DNA of 64,000 nucleotides from a bacterium (GTDB taxonomy: Archaea > Thermoplasmatota > E2 > JACPAO01 > JAHFTW01). Positions 29,595-39,329 of the stretch are shown here, in pieces (the first letter of the stretch is position 1; every line of letters starts with the position of its first letter). A program made the translations under genes and the position numbers. The notes below the pieces were generated by a model. It was given only the letters and a program-made list of their open reading frames with translations. It had not been told where the DNA came from and made no database searches. Location of the stretch: assembly GCA_040390065.1 (NCBI GenBank), contig JAZJZE010000009.1, forward strand, positions 474,930 through 538,929. The letters are read 5' to 3'.

Positions 29595-30749
29595 TCAGGC
29601 GCAGGCCGTCGTGGGGTAGCACTCGACGCCAGAATTGTCTCCGTTGACGAGGACGAATTCCGGTGGGCCGTCCCACGGACCGTAGTTGAGGCCCCAGGCC
29701 TTCATGTACTGATTTCTATCAATCGAGTAGGATTCAACGAACCGCCCAGACAAAGGGGGCCGCACGTGCTTCGCGGCCGTTGTGGAGTCGATGATGTTGT
29801 GACCGATTGATAGTTGCAGGTAGTGAACAGCGGGGAAGTAAGGTGTCACCGCGTCGCCTCGCACTGCCAAGACCGTCGCATAGACGTACATCGGTAACAG
29901 TTTTCCCTGACTTTGGCTGAAGTACAGGAAGCCCCAGACGGGCACTGTCCCGTCTCCAGGCGCGAGGTCCGGCGGAACCAAGGCCTGCTGTGTGGTCTCG
30001 AAGGAGTCGAACTTGATTTCCTGGAAGAGTCCCGCGTTATCCAGGCTGTTGCCTTCGGGGGCGGCCACTGCGACAAGGATTGCGTCGCTCGACCACAACT
30101 GGCCTTGCACGTCAGCCACATCCCGAGAGTACGTGAAGTTGAGGCCCGGCAGGTTGATTGCCGGGACACCGGGGGTGGGCAACGTGTTGTTGAGGCCGAA
30201 GGTTTTCCCGGTGTCCACATCGAGGAACTTGCGGATGTTCGTGGCGTTGCCCAGGAAATTGGTCGTAACGGTCCACACAGAATCCTTGTCCACAGTACTC
30301 AACCAGTAATTCACCGTCGTCCGATTCGTGATTGAGGGATGCAGGGACGACAGGGTGCTAAGGGTCGAGTTGAGCGCGCCTTGGTTGTTTGGATCAAGAA
30401 CGGGTGCCACGGGCAGCGCCACGACAGTCATGCTTGTAGATGCTAGCGCCTGGCGGACCGTCGTTCCCGCGTCCCCGACCTGGACGACTTTGGCGTAATG
30501 ATCAAGCGGCGAATAGTACGAAAAGTACTCGCTGCGTGCGTAGATGGCTCCGCTGTCATCAAACTGGTCCGTGACGCTGACCCCCACGAGAATGTAGGCG
30601 TGTGTCAGATTGCCGACTGCGTTTCCTGCTTGGCTCGTAAGTGAGTTCGCCGTGCGTGATACATCGGGGACGGGCGGAGCACCGCAGCCGGCCAGTAGAA
30701 CCGCGGCAAGGATTGACAGAGCCGTGATTTGCATGGTTGCGTGTTTCAT
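29595..30749 (-). CDS. Hypothetical lipoprotein
   Basis: VLLAGC lipobox; starts 4 nt after the stop of the 1404-aa gene. Confidence 0.75.
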   Translation of the reverse strand: MKHATMQITALSILAAVLLAGCGAPPVPDVSRTANSLTSQAGNAVGNLTHAYILVGVSVTDQFDDSGAIYARSEYFSYYSPLDHYAKVVQVGDAGTTVRQALASTSMTVVALPVAPVLDPNNQGALNSTLSTLSSLHPSITNRTTVNYWLSTVDKDSVWTVTTNFLGNATNIRKFLDVDTGKTFGLNNTLPTPGVPAINLPGLNFTYSRDVADVQGQLWSSDAILVAVAAPEGNSLDNAGLFQEIKFDSFETTQQALVPPDLAPGDGTVPVWGFLYFSQSQGKLLPMYVYATVLAVRGDAVTPYFPAVHYLQLSIGHNIIDSTTAAKHVRPPLSGRFVESYSIDRNQYMKAWGLNYGPWDGPPEFVLVNGDNSGVECYPTTACA

Positions 30750-30753
30750 TGTT

Positions 30754-33700
30754 TCAGCTCCACAAACTGTCGCCAACCGATTCATGCGGCCCCCAGGCAG
30801 GGTGGTAGCCGGAATCGTAGATGCCGGCGTTCGTCTTCATCAGGCTCATGTCGACTTGCGTCGAATAGTGGTTGAAGATGGTAAACCATGCGGAATGGTT
30901 GGGTCCCGGAGTGGTCTGCCATTGCATGGTATTGGCGCATGAAGGCGGTACGTTCGTGGCGCTGTAATCGCCTTCGGCTGAGAATTCCAGGCCGGGATCA
31001 TACGCACTGCCATCCATCAGGGTCTCGTACTGGTTCGAGTCCCCGTGCTCGTAGCAGTGGGTGTTCGCATTCGTTTTTCCGTTGTGGTCCTTGTACTCAT
31101 CCTGGAGGTAGAACGCGTAGTGGCCCCATTCATGTGCTAGGTCCTTGGCCCACCTGTTTCCAGGAGGGCCGTCGACCTGGACACCTACGTCCTTTGCCTC
31201 CGACATGGCCATAAAGACGTGACCAAGATTGGCAAACTTGAACTGGCAAGTAGATGGGACGGACTGACAGGCCGGATCAGTTGCCTTCTTGAAATCAATT
31301 CCGCCTACATTCGCCATGAACCAATGACCGACCGTATTGTCGGCCTTGTCGTGGAAAATCTGGATGTCCGCATTGACCCATTCCGGGTCAGTTGATTGAC
31401 TCCCAGTGCACGTGTGGATGGTGACCTTGCCAAACAGGAACTTGCCTGACGTGGCATCCCAGAGGTCGTCGCTGGCCGTCCTTATGGATCCTTGGAGGGA
31501 TTTCATCCATGCCGAATCCGCTGCCTCGCACCAGGGAACCGCTACGTCGACGTCGAAGCCCTTCACGTCCTTGACATGGGGGTCGAGTCCCCATCGGACC
31601 TCGTCCCAATTCGCGACGCCGTCGTGGTCGTAGTCGGAAGCGCCGTCATTGATGAACGGGTTGAGGCCGACGAAATTGGCAACAGTCGGATATGCATAGA
31701 CGCTCTGCGACAACGGGGACTCGCGATCCTTCATTTCCAGCGCGAAGGGAATCTTGTCACCGTCCTTTCCATTCGTGTACAAGTAGAACCACAATTGCCC
31801 TTCCACCCAGTCGCCCACGCCCCAGCCCTTGCAGTGACCGTACCCGTTTCCGTCGGCTGGAACGTCGTCGCCCAACCACGTGCCTGTCTGCATGCTATAG
31901 ACCAGCGTGCAGCCCGGATAGGCTTCCGGATGCGGGCCGATGTTGATTGGATGGGGTGCAATGAATCCATCGTCGTACAGGTTGAGAGTGGGGCCGACCA
32001 GCCACAACTGGTCCGGGACGTTGACCGCGAGGTCCGTCCACGCCGGTTCGGCCTCCGCTTGACCATTGGTCTCTTCCTGGCGATTGTTCACGCACGTCAC
32101 GCTCCAACACAACTCGTAATACGCGTTTCCGGCGCCTTGAATCATGGCATACCGCGTGACGTGTGCTCGAATCGACAAGTCCGCGTGCGGGTCCTGGTCG
32201 ATGCTGTCTTTGACGCCGTCGCCATCCGTGTCGGGGTCTACTGGATTCGTGCGTGTTGAGACAAGTTCAAGCCAATCCCCGATACCGTCGCCATCGGTGT
32301 CCTGCTTGAGGGGATTCGTGAAGTACGTCTTGTACACCCCGTAGACCTGAATCGTGACGCCCTTGACCTCGTTGTAGTCGCTCAAGCCGTCAAAGTCCGT
32401 GTCAACCTTGGAGTCGCTGGTCTTCCAGTAGTCTTCCTCGCAATTGTTGAGGCCGTCGCCGTCGGCGTCCATGACCCTGACGAAGTTGTTCTTGACGGTC
32501 TGCGCCTTGTCGGAGCCTACGCTAACCCAGAGTCGAATCTGGTAGCTGTTGATGACTTGGTCCGTTCCCGGCGGAAGGTTGCATGGGTAGGTATGGTCCG
32601 CGTACGGGCCACTGTACGTGTGGGGCAGGTTGTCTCCCCAATCCCATTCGTACGTGAGTTGGCCGCGGCTGTACGGGTCGTAGCTACACGACGCATCGAC
32701 GTGAACCACGGAATGGCTGGTCCCTTCCGCCGAGACGGTGAAGCAGACCTTGGGCGGGCCTAAGGCCGGCGGCGAGGGCGGATTCGACGGCGACGGGTTT
32801 GTTGCCTGGTTGGCTGTGGGCGAGGATTTCGTGATGATGATGTTGTCGACGGAGCCCTGGACGGAGCCCCACCCTCCCGACGGTGTGGCGAAGTCCGTGC
32901 TGCCGTAGGTTTGCATGCCAATCGTGCTGAACTGGAATTCGTCGCCTGCGGTCGTGCCGACTTGGCGGCTCCATGTCAGGACTTTCTTTCCGGTGCTGTC
33001 CGTGATCTCCAAGATCAGGGTCTTGGCGGCGGCCGTGTATGTCAGTTTGAACGATTGCTGGGGGTCGGTTTGGGAGCCCGGGCCGGCAGTGCCCACGTTG
33101 CAGGCCCAGCCGGGGGGCGGTCCTGATGCGGGGTTGTACGAGATGCAGTAGCCGGTCGGGTTGCCGACGTAGTCCGAGGTGTAGTCGTAGTAGAAGATGG
33201 CAAGCGTGCTGTAGCGGCCAAGGGCGCCGTTTCCGTCAGCCGGGCCCACGTAGAATGGCACGGCAAAACGCGTGCCCCCCTGCCGGCTCTCGACGTTCCA
33301 GTTCTCCGTAATCGTGAAGGTGTCCTGCATGGTCAGTGGCGCGTCGAGGGGCCGGCTGAAGTCCTCGTAGGAGGCATCGTTCATGTTGGACAAGAGCTGC
33401 ACGTTGTGGTTCCAGGCGTCCCAATGGATGTCGCTTAGGGGTTGGTCGTTTGTCCTTACGAATCCGTTTGCGTCATCGAAGGTGTAGACGGTACTGAAGT
33501 GGGGGACGTGGACGACGATGAGCCCATCGCTGGAGATTTCCGTTTCGAGGGTCAAGTTGTCCTCATTGCGGAAGGCGTAGCCGCTAAATCCCATGCCGTT
33601 GAGCCACGTCGTATTGTAGGCCACGTCCTGGCCCGACGTGTCATTGCCGCCGTCGAACGCAACGGCCAAGTGGTCCGACGGGGCCGCGACGGAAAGGTCG

Positions 33701-34968
33701 ACGGTTCCGTTGAGGCCGATGGCCGGGATGGTGCTTGCTACGGCCGTCGGGAGCGTGGCAAAGTCCACGACCATCGCGCGGTCCAGAAGTTGCACGGATG
33801 CCGGGTTGCCAATCGTGTAGAGGCTGCTTGAGCCGAGGGTGATTGCGGAGAAGTCCGTAATGGCGCCGCCGCCAGTCGTGAACTTGACGTAGGGGCCACC
33901 CAGGCCGTCCATGACGACGAAGGGCCGCGACGAACCCCAATCGTTTCCCAACAGGTTCACGATGGCCCCAGCGCGGAACACGGTTGTCGCATTCAAGGTC
34001 GGCGGCCCGGCAAAGAGTGTGGAAAGAAGGGTTGGGGTCAGCAGGCTCACGTTGAGGTCGACTTGGACACCGTTGGGCGTCGCTGGCATCTTGATGGGGG
34101 CATTCTTGAGGACGTCAAGAATTGCCGCGGCGTCGGTGATGCGGAACGTCGAATTCGATGGCCACGGCGCGCTCGGAATCACGTAGTGCGTCGCGGCGAC
34201 GTTGTCGGCATCATTCGATTCCAGAGTGACGTGGTTGGAGTTGGGGAAGACGGAAACGTCGTAGATGCCCGGCAGGGCCGATGTCCAATTGAAGACGAGT
34301 TCCTGGCTCTGGCCGGCCTTGATGATGGGCACGTACGCTACCTGCTGGAAGATGGAGTACTTGCCCTGGATGGAGACATCCAATGTCACGTTGACGACGG
34401 CCGCCGGTTGGCCGCCGAGGTTCCGGATGGTGGATTCGACGTAGAAACCGATTGGGTGGGGGATGACCTTGGGCTTTGAGGCGACCAGGTTCGCAAGGCC
34501 GGAGGTGCCCAGGATGGATTGGATGACGCCGCACGCATCCGGCAGCGCCGGCTTCACTCCGAGCCCAGGATCGGGCGCGGAGGGTAGCGAGCACGCCTTT
34601 GCGCACTTCGCAACCTTCACGCCAAGGGGTGTGGATGTAAGGTTGTTGGCGGTTCCCTGGGGGTTGGCCAAGGCGGAGTTGAGTGTCTTCGTCGTCTGGC
34701 CCGCAATGGATTGGGCGCATGCCACCGTGGCGTCGACTTGCTGCACGGGTGCCGACACGACCGAGGTCAGGTTGCCGGGGAGCTGGTTCGTCACGTTGGT
34801 AATCAATGGTTGCAGGGGCGGGATGTGCGGCAGGGGCGGAATGTTTGGCAAGGGCGGTAGGTTGGGCGTCGGTGGCACTTGGGCGTCGGCGGGTCCGCCA
34901 AGGCCGTTGAGGAGGAACGCTAGAGCGCATGCAACGGCGGGTAGCACTCGGGAAAGGTTGGGGTTCAC
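30754..34968 (-). CDS. Large secreted multidomain protein: CARDB, PKD, Ca-binding DxDGDG repeats, C-terminal CLCA-like Zn metalloprotease
   Basis: Signal peptide; TIRNLG...ESNDADN (CARDB); DASCSYDP..YEWDWGD (PKD); DTDGDG repeats; LAHEWGHYAFYLQDEY. Confidence 0.8.
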   Translation of the reverse strand: MNPNLSRVLPAVACALAFLLNGLGGPADAQVPPTPNLPPLPNIPPLPHIPPLQPLITNVTNQLPGNLTSVVSAPVQQVDATVACAQSIAGQTTKTLNSALANPQGTANNLTSTPLGVKVAKCAKACSLPSAPDPGLGVKPALPDACGVIQSILGTSGLANLVASKPKVIPHPIGFYVESTIRNLGGQPAAVVNVTLDVSIQGKYSIFQQVAYVPIIKAGQSQELVFNWTSALPGIYDVSVFPNSNHVTLESNDADNVAATHYVIPSAPWPSNSTFRITDAAAILDVLKNAPIKMPATPNGVQVDLNVSLLTPTLLSTLFAGPPTLNATTVFRAGAIVNLLGNDWGSSRPFVVMDGLGGPYVKFTTGGGAITDFSAITLGSSSLYTIGNPASVQLLDRAMVVDFATLPTAVASTIPAIGLNGTVDLSVAAPSDHLAVAFDGGNDTSGQDVAYNTTWLNGMGFSGYAFRNEDNLTLETEISSDGLIVVHVPHFSTVYTFDDANGFVRTNDQPLSDIHWDAWNHNVQLLSNMNDASYEDFSRPLDAPLTMQDTFTITENWNVESRQGGTRFAVPFYVGPADGNGALGRYSTLAIFYYDYTSDYVGNPTGYCISYNPASGPPPGWACNVGTAGPGSQTDPQQSFKLTYTAAAKTLILEITDSTGKKVLTWSRQVGTTAGDEFQFSTIGMQTYGSTDFATPSGGWGSVQGSVDNIIITKSSPTANQATNPSPSNPPSPPALGPPKVCFTVSAEGTSHSVVHVDASCSYDPYSRGQLTYEWDWGDNLPHTYSGPYADHTYPCNLPPGTDQVINSYQIRLWVSVGSDKAQTVKNNFVRVMDADGDGLNNCEEDYWKTSDSKVDTDFDGLSDYNEVKGVTIQVYGVYKTYFTNPLKQDTDGDGIGDWLELVSTRTNPVDPDTDGDGVKDSIDQDPHADLSIRAHVTRYAMIQGAGNAYYELCWSVTCVNNRQEETNGQAEAEPAWTDLAVNVPDQLWLVGPTLNLYDDGFIAPHPINIGPHPEAYPGCTLVYSMQTGTWLGDDVPADGNGYGHCKGWGVGDWVEGQLWFYLYTNGKDGDKIPFALEMKDRESPLSQSVYAYPTVANFVGLNPFINDGASDYDHDGVANWDEVRWGLDPHVKDVKGFDVDVAVPWCEAADSAWMKSLQGSIRTASDDLWDATSGKFLFGKVTIHTCTGSQSTDPEWVNADIQIFHDKADNTVGHWFMANVGGIDFKKATDPACQSVPSTCQFKFANLGHVFMAMSEAKDVGVQVDGPPGNRWAKDLAHEWGHYAFYLQDEYKDHNGKTNANTHCYEHGDSNQYETLMDGSAYDPGLEFSAEGDYSATNVPPSCANTMQWQTTPGPNHSAWFTIFNHYSTQVDMSLMKTNAGIYDSGYHPAWGPHESVGDSLWS

Positions 34969-35061
34969 GGGGTCACCTGTTCAATCGGCTTTTCTACGCG
35001 TGTGGGCCTAGCGGTGCTGCGGCTGGTGGTCGGTGCCCCACGCCCAAGGTCGATGCCAACG

Positions 35062-35080
35062 TGGCCCACAAATGGCCCAC
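35062..35080. promoter_or_regulatory. Tandem TGGCCCAC repeat, candidate RHH operator
   Basis: Copies at 35062-35069 and 35073-35080 (11-bp period) between divergent genes. Confidence 0.3.
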
Positions 35081-35117
35081 GTAGAGCCAAGACATAGAGT
35101 TTGTCCCAGGTTTGAGT

Positions 35118-35390
35118 ATGGGTCGCACGAAGATTCGAGGCAGCACTCCGGATTCCACGGATCGCATCCACGTCGCCGTCGACCGCGACTTGTTGAAGTG
35201 GATTGACGCCAACCTGGCGCCTGGTGGCCCGTTTGGCAGCATGACGCACGCCGTCGAGTTTGCCCTTCGCCACTTGCGCGACGAACAGGAAGCACTTCGT
35301 CAGGCGTGCAAAGACGGGAAAGTTCCCTTCAAGGATACCACAATGTGGCTGCTGTACCAGGAACTCCTGGACGAGTCCAGGCGCCGCTAA
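35118..35390 (+). CDS. Ribbon-helix-helix family regulator
   Basis: RIHVAVDRDLLKWID...FGSMTHAVEFALR. Confidence 0.7.
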   Translation: MGRTKIRGSTPDSTDRIHVAVDRDLLKWIDANLAPGGPFGSMTHAVEFALRHLRDEQEALRQACKDGKVPFKDTTMWLLYQELLDESRRR

Positions 35391-36754
35391 GGCTGAAGCC
35401 ACCAATCCCCGCCCTTCTGCAGCTTTGCAAGGACGGGCGCCAATGAGACATCCGTGGCCGCATCCACCGCATAGGAAGCCTGCAAGGTGACGGCTACGCG
35501 AAGCCACTCCGCAGCCTTCTCTGCATGCGGGTGCGCGTCGCGCGCGCTCGCGAGGCTCGCGCAGCAGCGCGCGGCTTCGTAGGCATTCTCGGCGCGAAGG
35601 GGAACCAAGTCGATTCCCAGGCGGATTTCCTGCTGCAACCACAAGTCGGCCTCCGTGTGCATCAGCAACGCTTGCTCGATGCGGTTCAAGCCGGAAAGGC
35701 ATAAGCCGCGAACAAAGGTTGCTTCCGCGTCTGTAGGGTCAAGATCGCGTGCCCGGTCTACTTGGCGCAGGGCCTCCGCGAATCGGCGTTGGTTGACCAA
35801 CTCATAGGCCCATTCCCGGTACTCCCCGCCCTTGGCAGCAGCGACGGGGTCATGACCGGGTTGGCGGCGGTGAATGATGATTCGGCGTTGCGTGAATCGA
35901 ACGGTGGGCCAGGCCAGGACCGCGACCAGGGCGAGTCCGGCCACAGGCCACAACAGCCACGCAACAGGGCTGGCGGAACTGCGGGATGGCACAATCGCGT
36001 GGCCGTCTACAACGGCCTCGCCGTCGCCGGACAAGGCAGCAGTGATGGGAAGGGACGTGCCGCGGCCAGCAAGACGCGCCGCCAGATTTCCTGAGACGAC
36101 TAGGTGGTTTCCCGTCAGGGCGGTGGAGGCGCCGCCTACGTCGAGACTCCCCACCGCCGACTCCAACGCAAGCCCCGTCGTGCCAAGGTTGGCGTCCCCA
36201 TCCGTGAGCAAGGTAGGCGGCACCATGCCGAGAGGCACCATGAGGCGCCCATTGGTCACGTAGAGGTAAACCTCCACGTCGCGTCCGAAGATTTGAGACA
36301 TGTCGGGCACGGCGGCAGGAAGGAGGGGGGATTGTTGAGGGCCCGTTTGGACATCCTGCGTCTGGCCATTGGCGGTCAAGGTTGCATTCCATTTCCACAA
36401 GGACAGCACGAACGAGCCGGCAATTTCCACGACGCCAATGCACCCGGACCACGCCAGCGCGGCGCCGATTGAACGCGTCATCGGGGGACGCGCAGCATTA
36501 ACGTAGGGTACGCGTTGCAGCGTCGACGCGTCGGACGCGCTGGTAGATTGGCAGGTTGCCTTTACGGACGGCGGCGGAGCGCCGTCCACGGGGAAGACGT
36601 TCCACCGGAAGCTGTTTCGCGTTGCCGTCCCTTGCAGCGTCGCATCCGCGTAGTCCTGCGGTTGGGTGGTCGGGTTGACGTCCTTCGGATTTCCGGTGGC
36701 GTGGACGGAGACATCGGCGGAATCTACCTCCATGTGCAGCCGCTCGGCCGCCAT
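35387..36754 (-). CDS. Single-pass membrane protein with beta-rich N-domain and C-terminal TPRs
   Basis: TM WLLWPVAGLALVAVLAW; ARDLDPTDAEATFVRGLCL and NAYEAARC TPR patterns; CTTAAT ~27 nt upstream. Confidence 0.65.
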   Translation of the reverse strand: MAAERLHMEVDSADVSVHATGNPKDVNPTTQPQDYADATLQGTATRNSFRWNVFPVDGAPPPSVKATCQSTSASDASTLQRVPYVNAARPPMTRSIGAALAWSGCIGVVEIAGSFVLSLWKWNATLTANGQTQDVQTGPQQSPLLPAAVPDMSQIFGRDVEVYLYVTNGRLMVPLGMVPPTLLTDGDANLGTTGLALESAVGSLDVGGASTALTGNHLVVSGNLAARLAGRGTSLPITAALSGDGEAVVDGHAIVPSRSSASPVAWLLWPVAGLALVAVLAWPTVRFTQRRIIIHRRQPGHDPVAAAKGGEYREWAYELVNQRRFAEALRQVDRARDLDPTDAEATFVRGLCLSGLNRIEQALLMHTEADLWLQQEIRLGIDLVPLRAENAYEAARCCASLASARDAHPHAEKAAEWLRVAVTLQASYAVDAATDVSLAPVLAKLQKGGDWWLQP

Positions 36755-37210
36755 CGAGAATCCGGGAATCGGTTGGGCATTAAGTGTTCGCCGCCGGGGG
36801 CCTTCGCGCCTGTAGGCGCTCCGGCAAGGCGGTCGGCGCCTGCTGGCGCCTGCGAAGAATCGGTGACGGCACATCACCGGTGAACGCACCCGCCAACGTC
36901 CTCTGGACGCGACGGGCAATCGCTGACTACGGGCCCCCGCGGGATTCACGTCGCCGCGTCTGAGGCAACCGCAGGATGCGCACCCGCTTGCGGGTGGTCG
37001 CCGTGGGATTGCGTCACGGGGCCCCGGCGCGTCGGCGCACCCGCCGCCAAGTCTGGTGGGGCCGGGCCCCAACCCGGTAAACCCCGCCCGGCAAGAGCGT
37101 GAGCGCTTCGCCCGCCACCCCAACCATGCTGGGGCCAGCATGCGCTTTGGGTGGCGTGCTTTGCCTTCACGCCCTTTGCCGCAGCGGGGCTAAAGCCGGC
37201 TCGGTGCCCC

Positions 37211-37759
37211 ATGGCCCCACCAGAATTTGCCGACGAGTGCCACCGAACTGCCTGCCCCGTGCCCCAGCCACACGGAGCCCACTGCCCCCGCATCCCGGGC
37301 GCCCGCCTCGCAGGCTGCCTTGAATGCGGCGCCACAATCCTGCTGGCCCACGACTACGCGCCGGCTACGGCGCGCTGCAAGACGTGCCGCGACGCGACGA
37401 CGACTGCCACGATGACGACGGACCGCGCGCCGACGGCGGATTGGCTACGCCGCTTCCGAAGCGAAGCAACGGACGACGAGATGCCGCTCGGCGAAGCCGT
37501 CCACACGCCCACCTCGGGCGACCGGCTCCGCGCGGCGGAAGTGACGATGCGCCTGCGAACCAGCGCCGCCGGCCGAGTCGTGACCTCGACGCCGACACGC
37601 AGCATCGGATGCGACGATGCCGGCCGCCCCGTACGCCCCGCCGCAAAGCGGCGCGAGGCAAGCGATGACCAAGACGACGTCGAGGAACCCCAGTCCGTGG
37701 CGCGCTTCGGCGGCCGACTGCCCGCCCTCGCCGGCTACCGTGCCCAGGCAGGTGCCTAA
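37211..37759 (+). CDS. Cys/His-rich putative zinc-finger protein
   Basis: CLEC...CKTC plus C/H cluster; stop abuts next ATG. Confidence 0.5.
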   Translation: MAPPEFADECHRTACPVPQPHGAHCPRIPGARLAGCLECGATILLAHDYAPATARCKTCRDATTTATMTTDRAPTADWLRRFRSEATDDEMPLGEAVHTPTSGDRLRAAEVTMRLRTSAAGRVVTSTPTRSIGCDDAGRPVRPAAKRREASDDQDDVEEPQSVARFGGRLPALAGYRAQAGA

Positions 37760-38245
37760 ATGGGCCCGAACCAGGCCACTGTTCGCCGGGCCAGCATCCT
37801 GGCTTGGGTTGAGGCCAATCCGGGCCAAGGCTTCCGCGCCCTTTCACGAGGAACCTGCATCCCGACCGGGACGCTGGCGCACCATCTTGGCATCCTGAAG
37901 CGACGTGGCCTCGTGGCGGACAGGGCGCTTGGCCCTCGCCGCTTGTTCTACCCCACCGACGCCATCGTGGACGACCCCGCCAAGGCGGCGATGAACCTTC
38001 ACCCCGGCTTGGCCGCCCTTTACGCGTTCGTGCAGGCCAACGGTCCCTGCATGCAGAACGTCGTTCTTGCCGCCTTCGAGGCGCAGGGTTGGCCGCGTTC
38101 CACGACGCAGCAGCGCCTCCGCCGCCTTGTGGCTGTCGGCGGCTTGCAGGCGGTGCGGGGCGTGCGGTCACTACGATACGCGGTCCAGGCACCCGCGGTG
38201 GCCCAGTTGCCTCTTGCCTCCCGCCTGCAGGTGGTGTTGGCATGA
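37760..38245 (+). CDS. Double winged-helix transcription regulator
   Basis: VEANPG...TGTLAHHLGILKRRGLV and a second HTH STTQQRLRRLV. Confidence 0.75.
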   Translation: MGPNQATVRRASILAWVEANPGQGFRALSRGTCIPTGTLAHHLGILKRRGLVADRALGPRRLFYPTDAIVDDPAKAAMNLHPGLAALYAFVQANGPCMQNVVLAAFEAQGWPRSTTQQRLRRLVAVGGLQAVRGVRSLRYAVQAPAVAQLPLASRLQVVLA

Positions 38246-38340
38246 CCACCAAGACAATCCAAGTCTGCTCCGTTTGCGGACGCGCCTGTCCCGGCGGCGA
38301 CTGCGCGCATCCGGCGTGTCCTTCGCAGCGGGTGTTCTAA
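38242..38340 (+). CDS. 32-aa Cys-rich microprotein
   Basis: MTTKTIQVCSVCGRACPGGDCAHPACPSQRVF; ATGA and TAATG overlaps on both sides. Confidence 0.6.
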   Translation: MTTKTIQVCSVCGRACPGGDCAHPACPSQRVF

Positions 38341-39257
38341 TGTCATCCGCGCGCCAGGCCGTGTACGCGAAGGTCACCGACGCCATCATGGGGAAGCTCC
38401 GCGAAGGCGTTGCGCCGTGGCACAAGCCCTGGAGCGATGCGGATCGGCCTCGCAACTTCGCCACCGGTCGAGCCTACTCCGGCATCAACGCATTCGCGCT
38501 CGGCTTGTTCGGGCCGACGCCGTATTGGCTGACCTTCAATCAGGCACGCCTGATGGATTGCCAGGTGCGCCAGGGGGCCAAGGGTGTGCCCATCCTGTTC
38601 TATGGTACGCAGACGCGGCAACGCTTGGTCAAAGGCAACAACGGGGCGGCCGTGGAGGATCATGAGGTTGGCTTCGTGCGGTACTTCCACGTCTTCAACG
38701 CCGTTGACGTGGACGGCATCGACGCCGCCAGACTCGGCCAATCGCCATCGCCCTTCGAGCCCATTGAGGTCGCTCAAGGGTTGCTTTCCGCCGTGCAGCC
38801 GACGCCGGAGATTAGGCATGGCGGCGACGTGGCTGCCTTCAACCCGGCCCGTGACGTGCTTCGGATGCCGCGGCCCGAGGACTTCGCTCGCAGCGTGGAC
38901 TACTACGCCATCCTCTTCCACGAACTGACCCACTGGACGGGCCACCAGTCGCGCCTCGACCGCGAGTCTTTGCGCGACGCGAAGAGCTTCGGGGACGAAT
39001 CGTACAGCCGCGAGGAACTGGTGGCCCAAATGGGCGCCGGCTTCCTATGCGCCTTGACGGGCATCCAAAACGACACCATCGAGCAGTCCGCAAGCTACCT
39101 CGACAATTGGCTCAAGCAACTCCAGAACGACCGCGGCCTACTCATCTCTGCCGCGAGCCAGGCGCAACGCGCCACCGACTACTTGACCCGCAGCTGGACC
39201 CAGCCCGCGGCAATCGGCGTGACCGACCAAGAAACGGAGGCCACAGCGGAATCGTGA
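38340..39257 (+). CDS. ardC: ArdC-family antirestriction protein (ssDNA-binding N-domain plus zincin-like domain)
   Basis: PWHKPW, YSGIN, WLTFNQA, VFN, HELTHWTGH..RL.R, YSREELVA, YLDNWL. Confidence 0.92.
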   Translation: MSSARQAVYAKVTDAIMGKLREGVAPWHKPWSDADRPRNFATGRAYSGINAFALGLFGPTPYWLTFNQARLMDCQVRQGAKGVPILFYGTQTRQRLVKGNNGAAVEDHEVGFVRYFHVFNAVDVDGIDAARLGQSPSPFEPIEVAQGLLSAVQPTPEIRHGGDVAAFNPARDVLRMPRPEDFARSVDYYAILFHELTHWTGHQSRLDRESLRDAKSFGDESYSREELVAQMGAGFLCALTGIQNDTIEQSASYLDNWLKQLQNDRGLLISAASQAQRATDYLTRSWTQPAAIGVTDQETEATAES

Positions 39258-39329
39258 AGCCTCCCCTTGAATCGTGAGCGCCATTGCGGCGACCTTTCCC
39301 CCTTCCCCAGCGAATGCCAGGTGAAACCC

